Origin: an uncultured Gemmatimonadales bacterium
Lineage (GTDB): Bacteria; Gemmatimonadota; Gemmatimonadetes; Gemmatimonadales; GWC2-71-9
Reading direction: 5' to 3'
Assembly: GCA_963695555.1 (NCBI GenBank)
Contig: CAVOGR010000007.1
Coordinates: forward strand, 128,001 to 192,000
Length of the DNA stretch: 64,000 nucleotides
The notes under the pieces were generated by a model. It was not told the origin of the DNA. It saw only the letters and a list, made by a program, of their open reading frames with translations, and did no database searches. Made by a program: the position numbers and the translations under genes. The stretch's first letter is position 1, and the number at the start of each line of letters is the position of its first letter. Positions 31,724 through 41,626 of the stretch are shown here, piece by piece.

Positions 31724-32959
31724 ATGCGCCCACTCAGCTTGGTATTCGTTTGCTGCCCAGTTCTACTGGCAGGATGCAGCGACGCCGGTGGAGCGGCCGC
31801 CGCCGCCACCGTCCGCGACAGCGCGGGTGTCACCATCGTCGAGAACACCGGGCCGGTGTGGCCGGATGGCCTGGGCTGGCACGTGGCCGAGGAGCCCGCT
31901 TTCGAGATCGGAGGCGAGCTGGACGACCCGGCCTACGACCTGAATCAAGTACGGGCCACGCTCAGGCTCAGCGATGGCCGCGTCGTGGTCGCCGACGGGG
32001 AGACCCGCGAACTCCGTTTTTTCGATGACGCCGGCGAGCATCTCACGACGAGCGGTCGCCAAGGCGGTGGCCCAGGCGAGTTCCAGAATATCGGTCTGGT
32101 GTGGCTCGGCCCGGCGGACACGCTGTGGATCTACGACTTCAACTCCCGCCGGCTCTCCACACTGGACGCGAATGGCGCGTATCTCGATGGCTACATCCTC
32201 AGGCCGCCAGGCCAATTCCAAGCCGTGTTACCGGCGGGGCGGCTATCCGATGGCCGGCTCGTCGCCCCCGTGTTTGTATTTGACACCACGGCCAAGTCCG
32301 GCGTCTATCGCGAACCGCGCCCCCATGTGGCCTACCAGGTTGACGGTACCGTGAGCGACACGCTGGGCATGTTCCCCGGCCCTGAGATGTACACCACCAC
32401 CATGACCTTCAACGACCAAACGTTTCCACGGCCGACCCAGCGCCCGTTCGGACTGAATACCCAGATCAGCGTCTTTCGGGATGAGATCTTCGTCGGAACC
32501 AACGAGAGTTATGAGATCCAGGTGTTTGACGCGACGGGAAGCCTCCAACGCCTGATTCGTGCGGCGCATCCGCGCGAGGCTGTCGGGCCAGACGACGTCG
32601 CCGAGTACAAGCGGTTCATGCATGAGCTCATCCTCGACAATCAGGGCAACATCCCCGAGCAGCTTCGGGAGCAGCTCGAAGAACAATTCGAGGATGCTCC
32701 CTACCCCGATGCGTTCCCCTATTACAGCGGCATTCGCACCGATACGGAGGGGAATCTCTGGGTCCAAGCCGGAACACAGCGTCACCAGCGTGACGTCTAC
32801 CGTTATACCGTCTTCGATACGACCGGGCAGGAGCTGGGACGAGTCACCATGCCGGAGCGGTTCACACCCATGCAGATCGGCGGGAGCTTCGTACTTGGAG
32901 TCTGGCGGGACGACGACGACGTGGAATACGTGCGGCTGTACCGCCTGATCAAGGAATAG
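31724..32959 (+). CDS. 6-bladed beta-propeller lipoprotein
   Basis: Lipobox LAGC; RDSAGVTIVEN; GRQGGGPGEF; C-terminal DDDDVEYVRLY. Confidence 0.78.
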   Translation: MRPLSLVFVCCPVLLAGCSDAGGAAAAATVRDSAGVTIVENTGPVWPDGLGWHVAEEPAFEIGGELDDPAYDLNQVRATLRLSDGRVVVADGETRELRFFDDAGEHLTTSGRQGGGPGEFQNIGLVWLGPADTLWIYDFNSRRLSTLDANGAYLDGYILRPPGQFQAVLPAGRLSDGRLVAPVFVFDTTAKSGVYREPRPHVAYQVDGTVSDTLGMFPGPEMYTTTMTFNDQTFPRPTQRPFGLNTQISVFRDEIFVGTNESYEIQVFDATGSLQRLIRAAHPREAVGPDDVAEYKRFMHELILDNQGNIPEQLREQLEEQFEDAPYPDAFPYYSGIRTDTEGNLWVQAGTQRHQRDVYRYTVFDTTGQELGRVTMPERFTPMQIGGSFVLGVWRDDDDVEYVRLYRLIKE

Positions 32960-32965
32960 GAAATC

Positions 32966-34204
32966 ATGCTCACACGGATGTTCGCGCGACGGGTGGGATC
33001 GGTGTACGCAATCGGCATGATCATCAATGCCGGGTGCAGCGGCTCGGACCGGCCCCAAGACCGGGTAATGGTCCGCGACAGCGCGGGTGTCGCCATCGTG
33101 GAGAGCACGGCACCGGCCTGGGCCGAGGGAGGGGGCTGGACGGTGGGCGAGACACCGAGTGTCGACATCGGGGGACAGGCGGACGAGTCGGCGTATGACC
33201 TCTTTCAGGTCGTCGGCGCGCTCAGGCTCGCAGATGGACGCATCGTGATCGCCGACGGCGGCACCCAGGAGCTCCGGTTCTTTGCGGCTGACGGTACCCA
33301 TCTCCATACCGCGGGCGGCGTGGGGGAGGGCCCCGGTGAGTTGACCGGCCTTGGCCTCATGGTATCCCTCCCAGGAGATACCCTTCTCACTTTCGACTTT
33401 CGCCAAGTCCGTATCTCACGTTTCGACCACAACGGGACGTTCCTTGATGCCCATTCGCTCGCCGGCATAGAGAGGGCAAGCCTCCGGATGATCGGCGCCT
33501 TAGGCGATGACGCGATCCTCTCTCGGAGCGGAGGTGCCTTTGCGCCGGGAAGCCTGCCCCCAGGAGTTGGCCGTGATACGGCGCTTTACCTGGTCCACCA
33601 GTTGCCCGTAGCACACCTCGACACGGTCGGCCGATTCCCCGATACCGAGCGATTCGTCAAGAATGAGGGACAGCTCACGACGACTCAGATGCTTCCGTTC
33701 GGACGGCAAACCGTCGTATCCACGTCCGGCGATCAGATCGTCGTCGGCATCGGCGACACCTATGAGCTACGGGTGTACAACCGGAGTGGAGCTGTGCACG
33801 CTATCATCCGATGGGACGTCGCGATCCGGCCAGTCACACCCGACCAGGTGGAGGCCTACAAGCAGGCAGAAAGAGGGCGCCTCGGTACGAGCGGCAACGT
33901 GGAGCCGAGGTTTCGAGCGATGTTCGAGCAAGCCCTCGAACAAATGCCCTACCCCTCAACTCACCGGCCGTACGATGCACTATGGGTTGATCGCGATGGA
34001 AGTCTCTGGGTACTCGACCCTATCATGCCCAGCGACACTGCCCTCCGATTCCAGGTCTTCGATTCCGGCGGCAAGTGGCTCGGCGGAGTTTCAATGCCGG
34101 AACGGTTCCGTCCCACCGATTTTGGCCGCGACTATGTCCTCGGCGTATGGGCGGACGATGACGATATCGAACACGTCCGACTCTACCCGCTCCTCAAGCG
34201 GTAG
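32966..34204 (+). CDS. 6-bladed beta-propeller lipoprotein, tandem paralogue
   Basis: NAGC; RDSAGVAIVES; GEGPGEL; DDDDIEHVRLY; colinear with the previous gene. Confidence 0.78.
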   Translation: MLTRMFARRVGSVYAIGMIINAGCSGSDRPQDRVMVRDSAGVAIVESTAPAWAEGGGWTVGETPSVDIGGQADESAYDLFQVVGALRLADGRIVIADGGTQELRFFAADGTHLHTAGGVGEGPGELTGLGLMVSLPGDTLLTFDFRQVRISRFDHNGTFLDAHSLAGIERASLRMIGALGDDAILSRSGGAFAPGSLPPGVGRDTALYLVHQLPVAHLDTVGRFPDTERFVKNEGQLTTTQMLPFGRQTVVSTSGDQIVVGIGDTYELRVYNRSGAVHAIIRWDVAIRPVTPDQVEAYKQAERGRLGTSGNVEPRFRAMFEQALEQMPYPSTHRPYDALWVDRDGSLWVLDPIMPSDTALRFQVFDSGGKWLGGVSMPERFRPTDFGRDYVLGVWADDDDIEHVRLYPLLKR

Positions 34205-35468
34205 CCCCAGCCTCAACGCCACCACCTACGACCCCCGCGAAATCACGCCCGCTCGGGTTCTGGAACACCCGGAGGTCGAACTGCGGGGCGATGGACAGGA
34301 TGTGGTCGAAGATGTCCGACTGGATGCCCTCGTACGTTACCCACCGCGTGTCGCTCGCAAAGCAATAGATCTGCATGGGCAGGCCGTGGGGCGTCGGCTC
34401 CAGTTGCCGCACGATCTGGGTCATTCCCTGATGCACCTTCGAGTGACGGCGAAGATATTCGACCAGATATGCGCGGAGCGTGCCGACATTGGTGAGCCGC
34501 TTGGTGTTCGAGATGATCTCGGGATCTTGCACGTGGGTGGCGTTGTACTCCGTCAGCTCCCGGCGTTTCGTCTTGATGTACTCCTCGAGCAGCGCGAAGC
34601 GCTCGAAATAGGCGAGGTCATCGTCGTCGAGAAAGCGGATCGAGTTGGTGTCGATGTAAAAGGTCCGCTTGATCCGACGGCCGCCCGATTCCGACATCCC
34701 ACGCCAATTCTTGAACGATTCGCTGATTAGCCGGTGGGTGGGAATCGTAGTGATGGTCTTGTCCCAATTCTGCACCTTGACCGTGTGGAGCGCGATGTCG
34801 ATCACGTCGCCATCGGCGCCGAAGGTCGGCATTTCGATCCAGTCGCCCACCCGCACCATGTCATAGCTGGCCAACTGCAGGCTGGCAACGAACGACAGAA
34901 TGGTGTCGCGGAAGATCAGGAGAACCACCGCGGTCATGGCCCCAACGCCGCTCATCAGCACCAGGGGCGATTGCCCGGTGAGCGTGGCAATGATGAGCAC
35001 CGCCCCGATCACGTAGATGAAGATCTTGGCGAGCTGGAGATGGCCCTTGATGGGCTTCCCGTCGGCGAGCGTGCTGGTCTCGTAGATGGCGTTGACGGCC
35101 GTGATGAGCGCCCCGGCCGCGAGCAACACAGCCAACACCATGAGGGCGAGCGCCATCCGCTGGATGATGAGCACCGCCGTATCCGACAGGCCCGTGATCA
35201 AGCCCAGGCCGAGATAGACGGTGACCACCGGAGCGAGATACGCAGCTCGCTCGAACACCCTCGCCTCGAGGAATTGATCGTCCCACTTGACGGTGGAAGT
35301 ACGGACGACACGGCGCACCAGCACGAGGAGCACGCGTTTCGTGACCAGGTACACCACGATCGCCAGGAGCCCCAAACCGAGGACTCCCATCCAGTCCGTG
35401 AGATAGGCCTGAGCCGTCAGCCGGTCGAGGATCGATGTCGGAGTGTTTGCTGCCTGGATCGAGAGCAT
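34194..35468 (-). CDS. MscS-family mechanosensitive channel (YbdG/MscM-like)
   Basis: GDWIEMP.FGADGDVIDIALHTVKVQNWDKTITTIP, FKNWRGM, GGRRIKR. Confidence 0.92.
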   Translation of the reverse strand: MLSIQAANTPTSILDRLTAQAYLTDWMGVLGLGLLAIVVYLVTKRVLLVLVRRVVRTSTVKWDDQFLEARVFERAAYLAPVVTVYLGLGLITGLSDTAVLIIQRMALALMVLAVLLAAGALITAVNAIYETSTLADGKPIKGHLQLAKIFIYVIGAVLIIATLTGQSPLVLMSGVGAMTAVVLLIFRDTILSFVASLQLASYDMVRVGDWIEMPTFGADGDVIDIALHTVKVQNWDKTITTIPTHRLISESFKNWRGMSESGGRRIKRTFYIDTNSIRFLDDDDLAYFERFALLEEYIKTKRRELTEYNATHVQDPEIISNTKRLTNVGTLRAYLVEYLRRHSKVHQGMTQIVRQLEPTPHGLPMQIYCFASDTRWVTYEGIQSDIFDHILSIAPQFDLRVFQNPSGRDFAGVVGGGVEAGATA

Positions 35469-35636
35469 GTGAACTTCCCGGTCAACGTCGGGCCGTCAGC
35501 GGATCGGAGTTCCCAAATGTAGCATCGAATGGCCGCACACAGGTGAATCGAGGATGATAGGTGTCCGGCTGCCGTCTTCTGGCCTTTTCTGCCGAGCCCC
35601 TGGCATGAGACAGCGTTCGGTTCTAGGCTTCCGGGC

Positions 35637-36401
35637 ATGACTCCCTGGGTAACCCGTATTCTGTTCGCCACCGTGGGCATGTACTTCGCAAGCCGGGCCG
35701 CGCCCAGCCTGGCGTCGGCGCTGGTCCTGGTGCCTCGAGCCATCGTCCTCAGGCCCTGGACCCCGATTACCTACATGTTCCTGCATGCCGACTTCTGGCA
35801 CCTGGCCTTCAACATGCTGGGCCTCTACTTCTTCGGGCCAAGACTGGAGCTGCGCCTGGGCGGGCGGCGATTTCTGTTGCTCTACTTCCTGAGCGGTATC
35901 AGCGGCGCACTGCTCTCGCTTATCTTCACGCCGTCGGCTGCGATCATCGGCGCATCGGGCGGCGTGTTCGGCGTCTTCCTCGGGTTCGCAATGTTCTGGC
36001 CCCGCGAGCGGGTGTTCATCTTCGGCATCCTGCCGATGGAATCGTGGCTCTTGGTCACGATGATGACCGTGGTGGCCCTCTTCGGCGGCGTCACATCCTC
36101 TCGCGGTGGCATCGCTCACTTCGCCCACTTGGGCGGCTTCCTGGGCGCCCTACTCTACCTCAAGTTCCTCCAGCACACCTCACCGGCCCGCAAATTCAAG
36201 CAGCGCGTTAAGGCTCCGCCCGGGCGGACCAGCGGCAGCGACCGGACCAGCCTGGAGCGCTGGGCCACAATCCCCCGCGAATCCATGCACGAGATCAACC
36301 GCGCCGAAGTCGATCGGCTGCTCCACAAGGCCCAAACGCAAGGCGTGAGCAGCCTCACCCAGAGCGAACGGGACTGCCTCGACCGGTTCAGCCCCACGTA
36401 G
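35637..36401 (+). CDS. Rhomboid intramembrane serine protease with C-terminal helical extension
   Basis: FLH..WHLAFNM, GASG, AHFAHLGG. Confidence 0.92.
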   Translation: MTPWVTRILFATVGMYFASRAAPSLASALVLVPRAIVLRPWTPITYMFLHADFWHLAFNMLGLYFFGPRLELRLGGRRFLLLYFLSGISGALLSLIFTPSAAIIGASGGVFGVFLGFAMFWPRERVFIFGILPMESWLLVTMMTVVALFGGVTSSRGGIAHFAHLGGFLGALLYLKFLQHTSPARKFKQRVKAPPGRTSGSDRTSLERWATIPRESMHEINRAEVDRLLHKAQTQGVSSLTQSERDCLDRFSPT

Positions 36402-36483
36402 GAGCGTGTGTCATGCGAAAGCCCGCCTGATGTCGCTCTCCTGGCCGACCGCGGGCGGGCTCGTCTGCGGGAGAAACCCGTGG

Positions 36484-37086
36484 CTAGTGCTGATGCTCGG
36501 GTGAGCTCAGGTACTGCTCCGGAATCGGGAGGTCCGGGTATTCCGGCTGCCAGAAGATCGTCACCACCCACCAGCGGCCCTTCTCATGTAGTAGCTGGAA
36601 ACTGTTGATCCCCCGCATGAAGGGCTCCGCGTCGTCCGCCTTCCGCCGCGACTCGTAGGTACTGAACACATGCACCACGCTGCCGTAACGCTCCACGCGG
36701 CGGGCAACCTCCACCTCGAAGAAGCCACCGCCCTCCAGCTGCGGCCCGGCGAGCGAGACGTAGTCCTCGATCGTCATGATACGGTGACCCGTTTCACCAG
36801 TCTCGCGGTTCCGCCCGGTGGGAATGAGCCGTGCGCCCTCGATGAACAGCGATCGGAACCGGCCCCAGTCCCGTCTCTGGCCGGCAGGCCCTGAGATGAC
36901 GTCGTACACCGCCGCCATGATGGCGTCCACCGACGCCACGTCCGCCGGATTCGTCGCGACGGGGCCGGAAGCAGGAGCTGGCGCAGGCGCCTCTTGGGCC
37001 AAGCCGGCTGCAGGATTCGCGGCGATCAGCCCCAGCGAGACGAGGGCGGCAGGAAGGGATGGAACAATGCGCATTGCGGTCCTCAT
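36484..37086 (-). CDS. Secreted NTF2-like fold protein
   Basis: Signal peptide; YDVISGP...RDW.RFRSLF; RGINSFQL. Confidence 0.7.
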   Translation of the reverse strand: MRTAMRIVPSLPAALVSLGLIAANPAAGLAQEAPAPAPASGPVATNPADVASVDAIMAAVYDVISGPAGQRRDWGRFRSLFIEGARLIPTGRNRETGETGHRIMTIEDYVSLAGPQLEGGGFFEVEVARRVERYGSVVHVFSTYESRRKADDAEPFMRGINSFQLLHEKGRWWVVTIFWQPEYPDLPIPEQYLSSPEHQH

Positions 37087-37234
37087 CGTTCGGGAAATGT
37101 CCGGGAAGCGACGGAAACGGCCCCGCCGACATTCCCTACGGAAGGGCCGGCCTGGAGATTCGAAGTCTCAATTATCGGAGCGGGTGGCCCAGCAAACTGG
37201 ACCACCCGCTCCGAGGACGCAGGCTGCCAGCGCA

Positions 37235-38494
37235 TCAGTTCGGCGCGTGCACCGTCGGCCCGCCGTAGTTTCGGTTTCGGCCTATCGCGGGGCCGCTCTC
37301 CAACACGATATCGTTGTCGATCGTAGCGATCACTTGGCGGATGGAGCCCGGGAAGGGCTCGGTCCGGGCGTTCTTGCCGAATGGATCGGAGTACCACACC
37401 TCCGGACCGTCCGCGTTGGTGATCCGGTTACTGTTGATGTCGACGAATCGTTGGACGCCGTCGAATTCCGACCGCGGATCGTCATACGTCACGCCGAGGA
37501 GCGTGCCGTCGGCCGTCGAATTCTCGCAGAGCGAGGTCTGGGCATAATCGCCGTTCGTCTCGACTTCGTAGCAGGCATCGATGGGCCGCCCAACGAAGTT
37601 CGGCAGAGCCGGGTCGTAGAACCGGCTGGGATGGAGGACCTGGTAGTACGGATTGATGCTCGCGATGCTGTGCCCACCTTCCGTCCGGATGCTCTGGGAG
37701 ATCTGCCAACTCTCCCGGAGCGCCGTGCTGATGTTGGATGACTGTCCCGCTGGAACCAGAAAGAACTCCTCGATGCATCCGCGATCCGGCAGGATCCGCC
37801 TGCCGCCTCCGGATGGCGAGCCGGCCGGTGTGGCGGTTCCTACTTGAACATGCGCGTCGTGATCGCACGAGCGGATGAACTCACCCGGCGTCCCGATAGC
37901 CGCCATCATGGTGAGGTGCATCTCCGTTCCGTCGATGCAGCGAATGTGGTACACCAATTCGTGCAGGTTGTTGGTGAAGGCATCCTTCGAGTGGGTGCCC
38001 TGATGCAGTTTGGTCAGCACGTCGCAGGTAATACGCAGGCCGGCAGATGCGGCATCCCCGTTCAGCCGCATCTCGACGTCATTCTCCCACTCGACCTTGT
38101 GCCCAACATGGTCCTCATGGCGTGGCGTTCCCGGATCGTAGATGTCGAGCGCCTCGTTGGCGTACCCGAATGCAATGTCCCCGACCTCCTGATACAGATC
38201 CGACCCGCGGGGATCCCGGCCATGTTCGTGACCGAAGGAACATCCTGTCGCCGGATCGACCGGTGGGTGCCAGGTGGGGTAGAGCTGCCGATCCGGCCCG
38301 ACCACCGAGTAGGCGTCGTGAATGGTGGGTGAGCATTCGCCCGGGCCCGGAGTCCACTTGCCAAACGCCGTCGCCGGACCGGTCGCCGTCTCGGGCCCGG
38401 TTGACTTGTCAAACGCCGAAGAACATCCGGCGAGCATCATGGTCACCGGCAGGGTGACGGCAACCAGTAGTCGGTTCCCACAGATCGAACCCAT
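37235..38494 (-). CDS. His/Cys-rich lipoprotein of unknown function
   Basis: GAGGAGGAG SD; lipobox LAGC; WHPP, FGHEHG, HEDHVGHK, LHQGTH, NLHEL. Confidence 0.8.
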   Translation of the reverse strand: MGSICGNRLLVAVTLPVTMMLAGCSSAFDKSTGPETATGPATAFGKWTPGPGECSPTIHDAYSVVGPDRQLYPTWHPPVDPATGCSFGHEHGRDPRGSDLYQEVGDIAFGYANEALDIYDPGTPRHEDHVGHKVEWENDVEMRLNGDAASAGLRITCDVLTKLHQGTHSKDAFTNNLHELVYHIRCIDGTEMHLTMMAAIGTPGEFIRSCDHDAHVQVGTATPAGSPSGGGRRILPDRGCIEEFFLVPAGQSSNISTALRESWQISQSIRTEGGHSIASINPYYQVLHPSRFYDPALPNFVGRPIDACYEVETNGDYAQTSLCENSTADGTLLGVTYDDPRSEFDGVQRFVDINSNRITNADGPEVWYSDPFGKNARTEPFPGSIRQVIATIDNDIVLESGPAIGRNRNYGGPTVHAPN

Positions 38495-38619
38495 CGACTC
38501 CTCCTCACGAAACGGCGCGCCGGCCAACGTCGTGCGACGCTGACCGGACATAGTGCAATGCCTTGCATGCACTTACGCTTTCAGGATGTGTCAAACTGCA
38601 GGTGCGATGAATACTCCAC

Positions 38620-38635
38620 CGTGATACGTGTCACA
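38620..38635. promoter_or_regulatory. CRP/FNR-family-like box CGTGA-N6-TCACA
   Basis: One mismatch from TGTGA-N6-TCACA; about 125 nt upstream of the lipoprotein start. Confidence 0.45.
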
Positions 38636-38663
38636 TGGGCGTCGTCATCGCGCCCACGGCGGC

Positions 38664-39233
38664 CTAATGCCAGGTCATACCGAGACCGACTTGGAGAAAG
38701 CTGAGCGTGGCGTCCCCCGCGATGCGGGTGCCGTTGAAGTTGCGATTGCCGTGGGCCGATCCGATGGCCGTCACAAACGGCACGAGGGACATGTTGCGGC
38801 CGATCTGGAATTCGTAGCCCAGCCCGATCTGTGCCGCCAGGGCGCGGGAGGTCAGCGCGTCGGCATCATCGTCGAGCCGGTCGGCAATGACGCCGAGGCC
38901 CCCTTTGACGTACCACGACCCGCGGTTGGGATACCAGAGCGCGATGGCGCTGAGCGAGCCCATGGCCCGGTCGATGGCGTTTTCATCATGCATCCACCCG
39001 TTTGCCTCGACACCCAGCAGGAACCCGGGTGTGATAGTCCCACCCAATCTGAAGTACGCGGAATACGAGCTGTGCCGATCGCTGACGCAAATGGTACACG
39101 CGGTCTTGGCAAAGCCCACGCCGAGTCCGGCACCATACCAGAAACCTTCATTCAGACTGCTCTGCGCGGCAGCCGGCGACGCGGTCGCGCCGACGGCGAG
39201 GGCACCCATGACGGTAAGGGGGTTGAGACGCAT
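38664..39233 (-). CDS. Outer-membrane beta-barrel protein
   Basis: Signal peptide; YVKGGLG, GLGYEF; C-terminal VGLGMTWH; CxxC in an early loop. Confidence 0.75.
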   Translation of the reverse strand: MRLNPLTVMGALAVGATASPAAAQSSLNEGFWYGAGLGVGFAKTACTICVSDRHSSYSAYFRLGGTITPGFLLGVEANGWMHDENAIDRAMGSLSAIALWYPNRGSWYVKGGLGVIADRLDDDADALTSRALAAQIGLGYEFQIGRNMSLVPFVTAIGSAHGNRNFNGTRIAGDATLSFLQVGLGMTWH

Positions 39234-39300
39234 CGAATCCTCGAGGCAACGGTTCACGGCTTGCCGGGCGGCCGGACGGCGCGAACAAGCCGGTGCCAAA

Positions 39301-39316
39301 AGCAGAAACCGTGCCC
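39301..39316 (-). promoter_or_regulatory. Putative sigma54 promoter GGGCACGGTTTCTGCT
   Basis: GG-N10-GC in a GGCACG context, about 70 nt upstream of the OMP start. Confidence 0.5.
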
Positions 39317-39515
39317 TCACGGCCGTGCGCCGGCGCAACACCGAGCGCATCTCATTGCCTTGAGACGGCCTATCGGTCAATCTCCTAGTCGGCGAGGCGC
39401 GAGGCCGGAGCCGTCCGGAGGACCGTAACTCTGGCGAAGTGCCCGACCGCCCAAGGTTCGGTAGCCATCGACTCGGGCGGGAAACAACCAGCAATCCCTT
39501 CGTGGAGCCTTCGAC

Positions 39516-40520
39516 ATGCACTGGCTGCTGCACCACCATCCGGTCTCGAGTTTGGGACTCTTGCTCGCCGCGGCGCTCCTCCCGCAACCAGGGCCACCCC
39601 GGGCGGACCACGCCGACGCACCGTACGTACTCGTGCTGGGTATCGCCCAGGACGGCGGCGTTCCCCAGGCAGGGGCCTCGCCCTCGAGTGCGCGTGAATC
39701 CGACGAATTTCGGCGATACGTGGTATCACTCGCGCTGGTCGATCCGGAAACCGGTAAGCGCTGGATGTTCGAGGCCACTCCGGATTTCCCGGCACAGCTC
39801 CGCGTGCTCGATCGTATCGCACCCGCCCCAGCCGCACCCGCACTCCAGGGCATCTTCCTCACGCACGCGCACATGGGCCACTACACCGGGCTGATGCATC
39901 TGGGCCATGAGGCGATGGGAGCCCGTGGGATACCGGTGTACGCCATGCCCAAGATGGCCGAATTCCTCCGGACCAACGGCCCATGGAGTCAACTCGTTCG
40001 ACTCGAGAACATCACAGTCCATCTCCTCCAAGACGCGGTGCCCGTCGAGCTGAATGAGCGGCTGTCGGTCACGCCGCTCTTGGTGCCGCACCGGCAGGAG
40101 TTTTCCGAGGTGGTCGGGTATCGCATCCAGGGACCGGAGCGTGCGGTGCTATTCATTCCGGACATCGACCGGTGGGGCGCATGGGACCGCGAGGGCCATC
40201 GCATCGAGGACGTGCTCGCCGGCGTCGACGTGGCCTACCTCGACGGCACCTTCTTCGCGGATCGTGAAGTCGGGGGACGCGACATGTCGTCCTTCCCGCA
40301 TCCGTTCATCACTACCACCATGGAACGACTCGGCGCGCTCCCAGAGGACCAGCGTGCCAAAGTGCGCTTCATTCATCTGAACCACACCAACCCGGCGCTC
40401 CATGCGTCGAGCCCCGCCCGAGCGGCCATCACCAGGGCGGGCTTCAGAGTGGCCGAGGAATTCGAACGGGTGCCACTCGGGAAGATTGGCCCAGCACAAC
40501 CAGATAGGGGTGGTAGGTGA
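39516..40520 (+). CDS. MBL-fold metallo-hydrolase (PqqB/PhnP-like), probably exported
   Basis: LGIAQDGGVP, THAHMGH, VPH, DGTF, HLNHTNP. Confidence 0.85.
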   Translation: MHWLLHHHPVSSLGLLLAAALLPQPGPPRADHADAPYVLVLGIAQDGGVPQAGASPSSARESDEFRRYVVSLALVDPETGKRWMFEATPDFPAQLRVLDRIAPAPAAPALQGIFLTHAHMGHYTGLMHLGHEAMGARGIPVYAMPKMAEFLRTNGPWSQLVRLENITVHLLQDAVPVELNERLSVTPLLVPHRQEFSEVVGYRIQGPERAVLFIPDIDRWGAWDREGHRIEDVLAGVDVAYLDGTFFADREVGGRDMSSFPHPFITTTMERLGALPEDQRAKVRFIHLNHTNPALHASSPARAAITRAGFRVAEEFERVPLGKIGPAQPDRGGR

Positions 40521-40618
40521 TGATCAAGCAACGTCACACCAATCGGTTACCTGGCGTAGGTATCAAGATGAAACAAGCGGGACCGGTACATCGTATGGGA
40601 AGGCAAAGGAGAATCACG

Positions 40619-40882
40619 ATGACCGCTTTCGCCCTACCGCTCGACCAGGTGGTGTGCTCGGGAGCCTTCCAATCCATCACCGCGACCGCGCTCGAGTTCC
40701 TGAGCCGGACCCGTGCAGAGGCGCGCCCTCGAGTCGCCAAGGCGGAGCGCGTGATCACGCTCGAGCGCAAGAACTACGTGTTGCTGACCCAGGAGGGCGA
40801 GCGAATCGGCATCATTCCGGTTCCCGAGCGGCGCCCGGTCCTGGGCCGGCTCCAGCCGACGCTCTACTTGCGACGCTGTTAA
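40619..40882 (+). CDS. Small hypothetical protein (87 aa)
   Basis: AAGGAGA SD before ATG 40619; coding-like codon usage. Confidence 0.6.
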   Translation: MTAFALPLDQVVCSGAFQSITATALEFLSRTRAEARPRVAKAERVITLERKNYVLLTQEGERIGIIPVPERRPVLGRLQPTLYLRRC

Positions 40883-40991
40883 CTCAGACGAGCTTCTTTC
40901 CCATGCAGTCCTAGTGCGACGCCCGCGAAGACCGTACCTTCCTCTCCCACGTCTCAGCACAACAATCGACATTCCTGCACTGGAGCGTTGA

Positions 40992-41471
40992 ATGGCGGGC
41001 AGGTCGGAGTCTCCCGGGGCTCTCATGTTGAATTCGTGGGAGCGGCTCCGGTCGAAGCCCGGCGGAAAATGGCTGTTCAACCGATTGCTCGCGTTCCGGG
41101 TGCCCTACACCGGCACCGCCGGCCCGAGTGTCGAGGAGCTTCGACCCGGTTATGCCAAGGTGTCGATGCGCGACCGCCGCCGGGTTCGGAACCACCTCAA
41201 CTCGATCCATGCGATTGCGATCGCCAACCTCGGTGAGGTCACGAGCGGCCTGGCCATGCTGGTCGGGCTGCCTGTGAATGTGCGTGGCATCGTGCTCGGC
41301 CTGTCGGTCGAGTACCTGAAGAAGGCCCGCGGTACGCTCGTAGCGGAGTGCGCCACCGACATACCGCGGGTAGAAGAGCCGACGGAGCACACGGTCATGG
41401 CTGACATCCGCGATGCCGAGGGCGAGACGGTGGCGCGGGTCACCGCCCGATGGCGGCTGAGCCCCAGTTAG
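40992..41471 (+). CDS. Hotdog-fold / PaaI thioesterase (DUF4442-like)
   Basis: [29 protein letters not shown]. Confidence 0.85.
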   Translation: MAGRSESPGALMLNSWERLRSKPGGKWLFNRLLAFRVPYTGTAGPSVEELRPGYAKVSMRDRRRVRNHLNSIHAIAIANLGEVTSGLAMLVGLPVNVRGIVLGLSVEYLKKARGTLVAECATDIPRVEEPTEHTVMADIRDAEGETVARVTARWRLSPS

Positions 41472-41626
41472 CACCGTCCCAGGTCCTACGATCGAGCCCA
41501 TCCCATCACTTGATCTGCATTACGTCATAGCTGGTAGCCCGCGTACGCGCAGTCGAAGGTTGCGATCAAGTGACCTCGGTAATCACGTAACCCGAGGCCG
41601 TGAACGCGCGTGACATGGCGTCCCTC

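Noticed and set aside
39516..40520. PQQ biosynthesis locus
   Set aside because: Only a PqqB-like fold is present; no pqqA, C, D or E nearby, and the protein appears to be exported.
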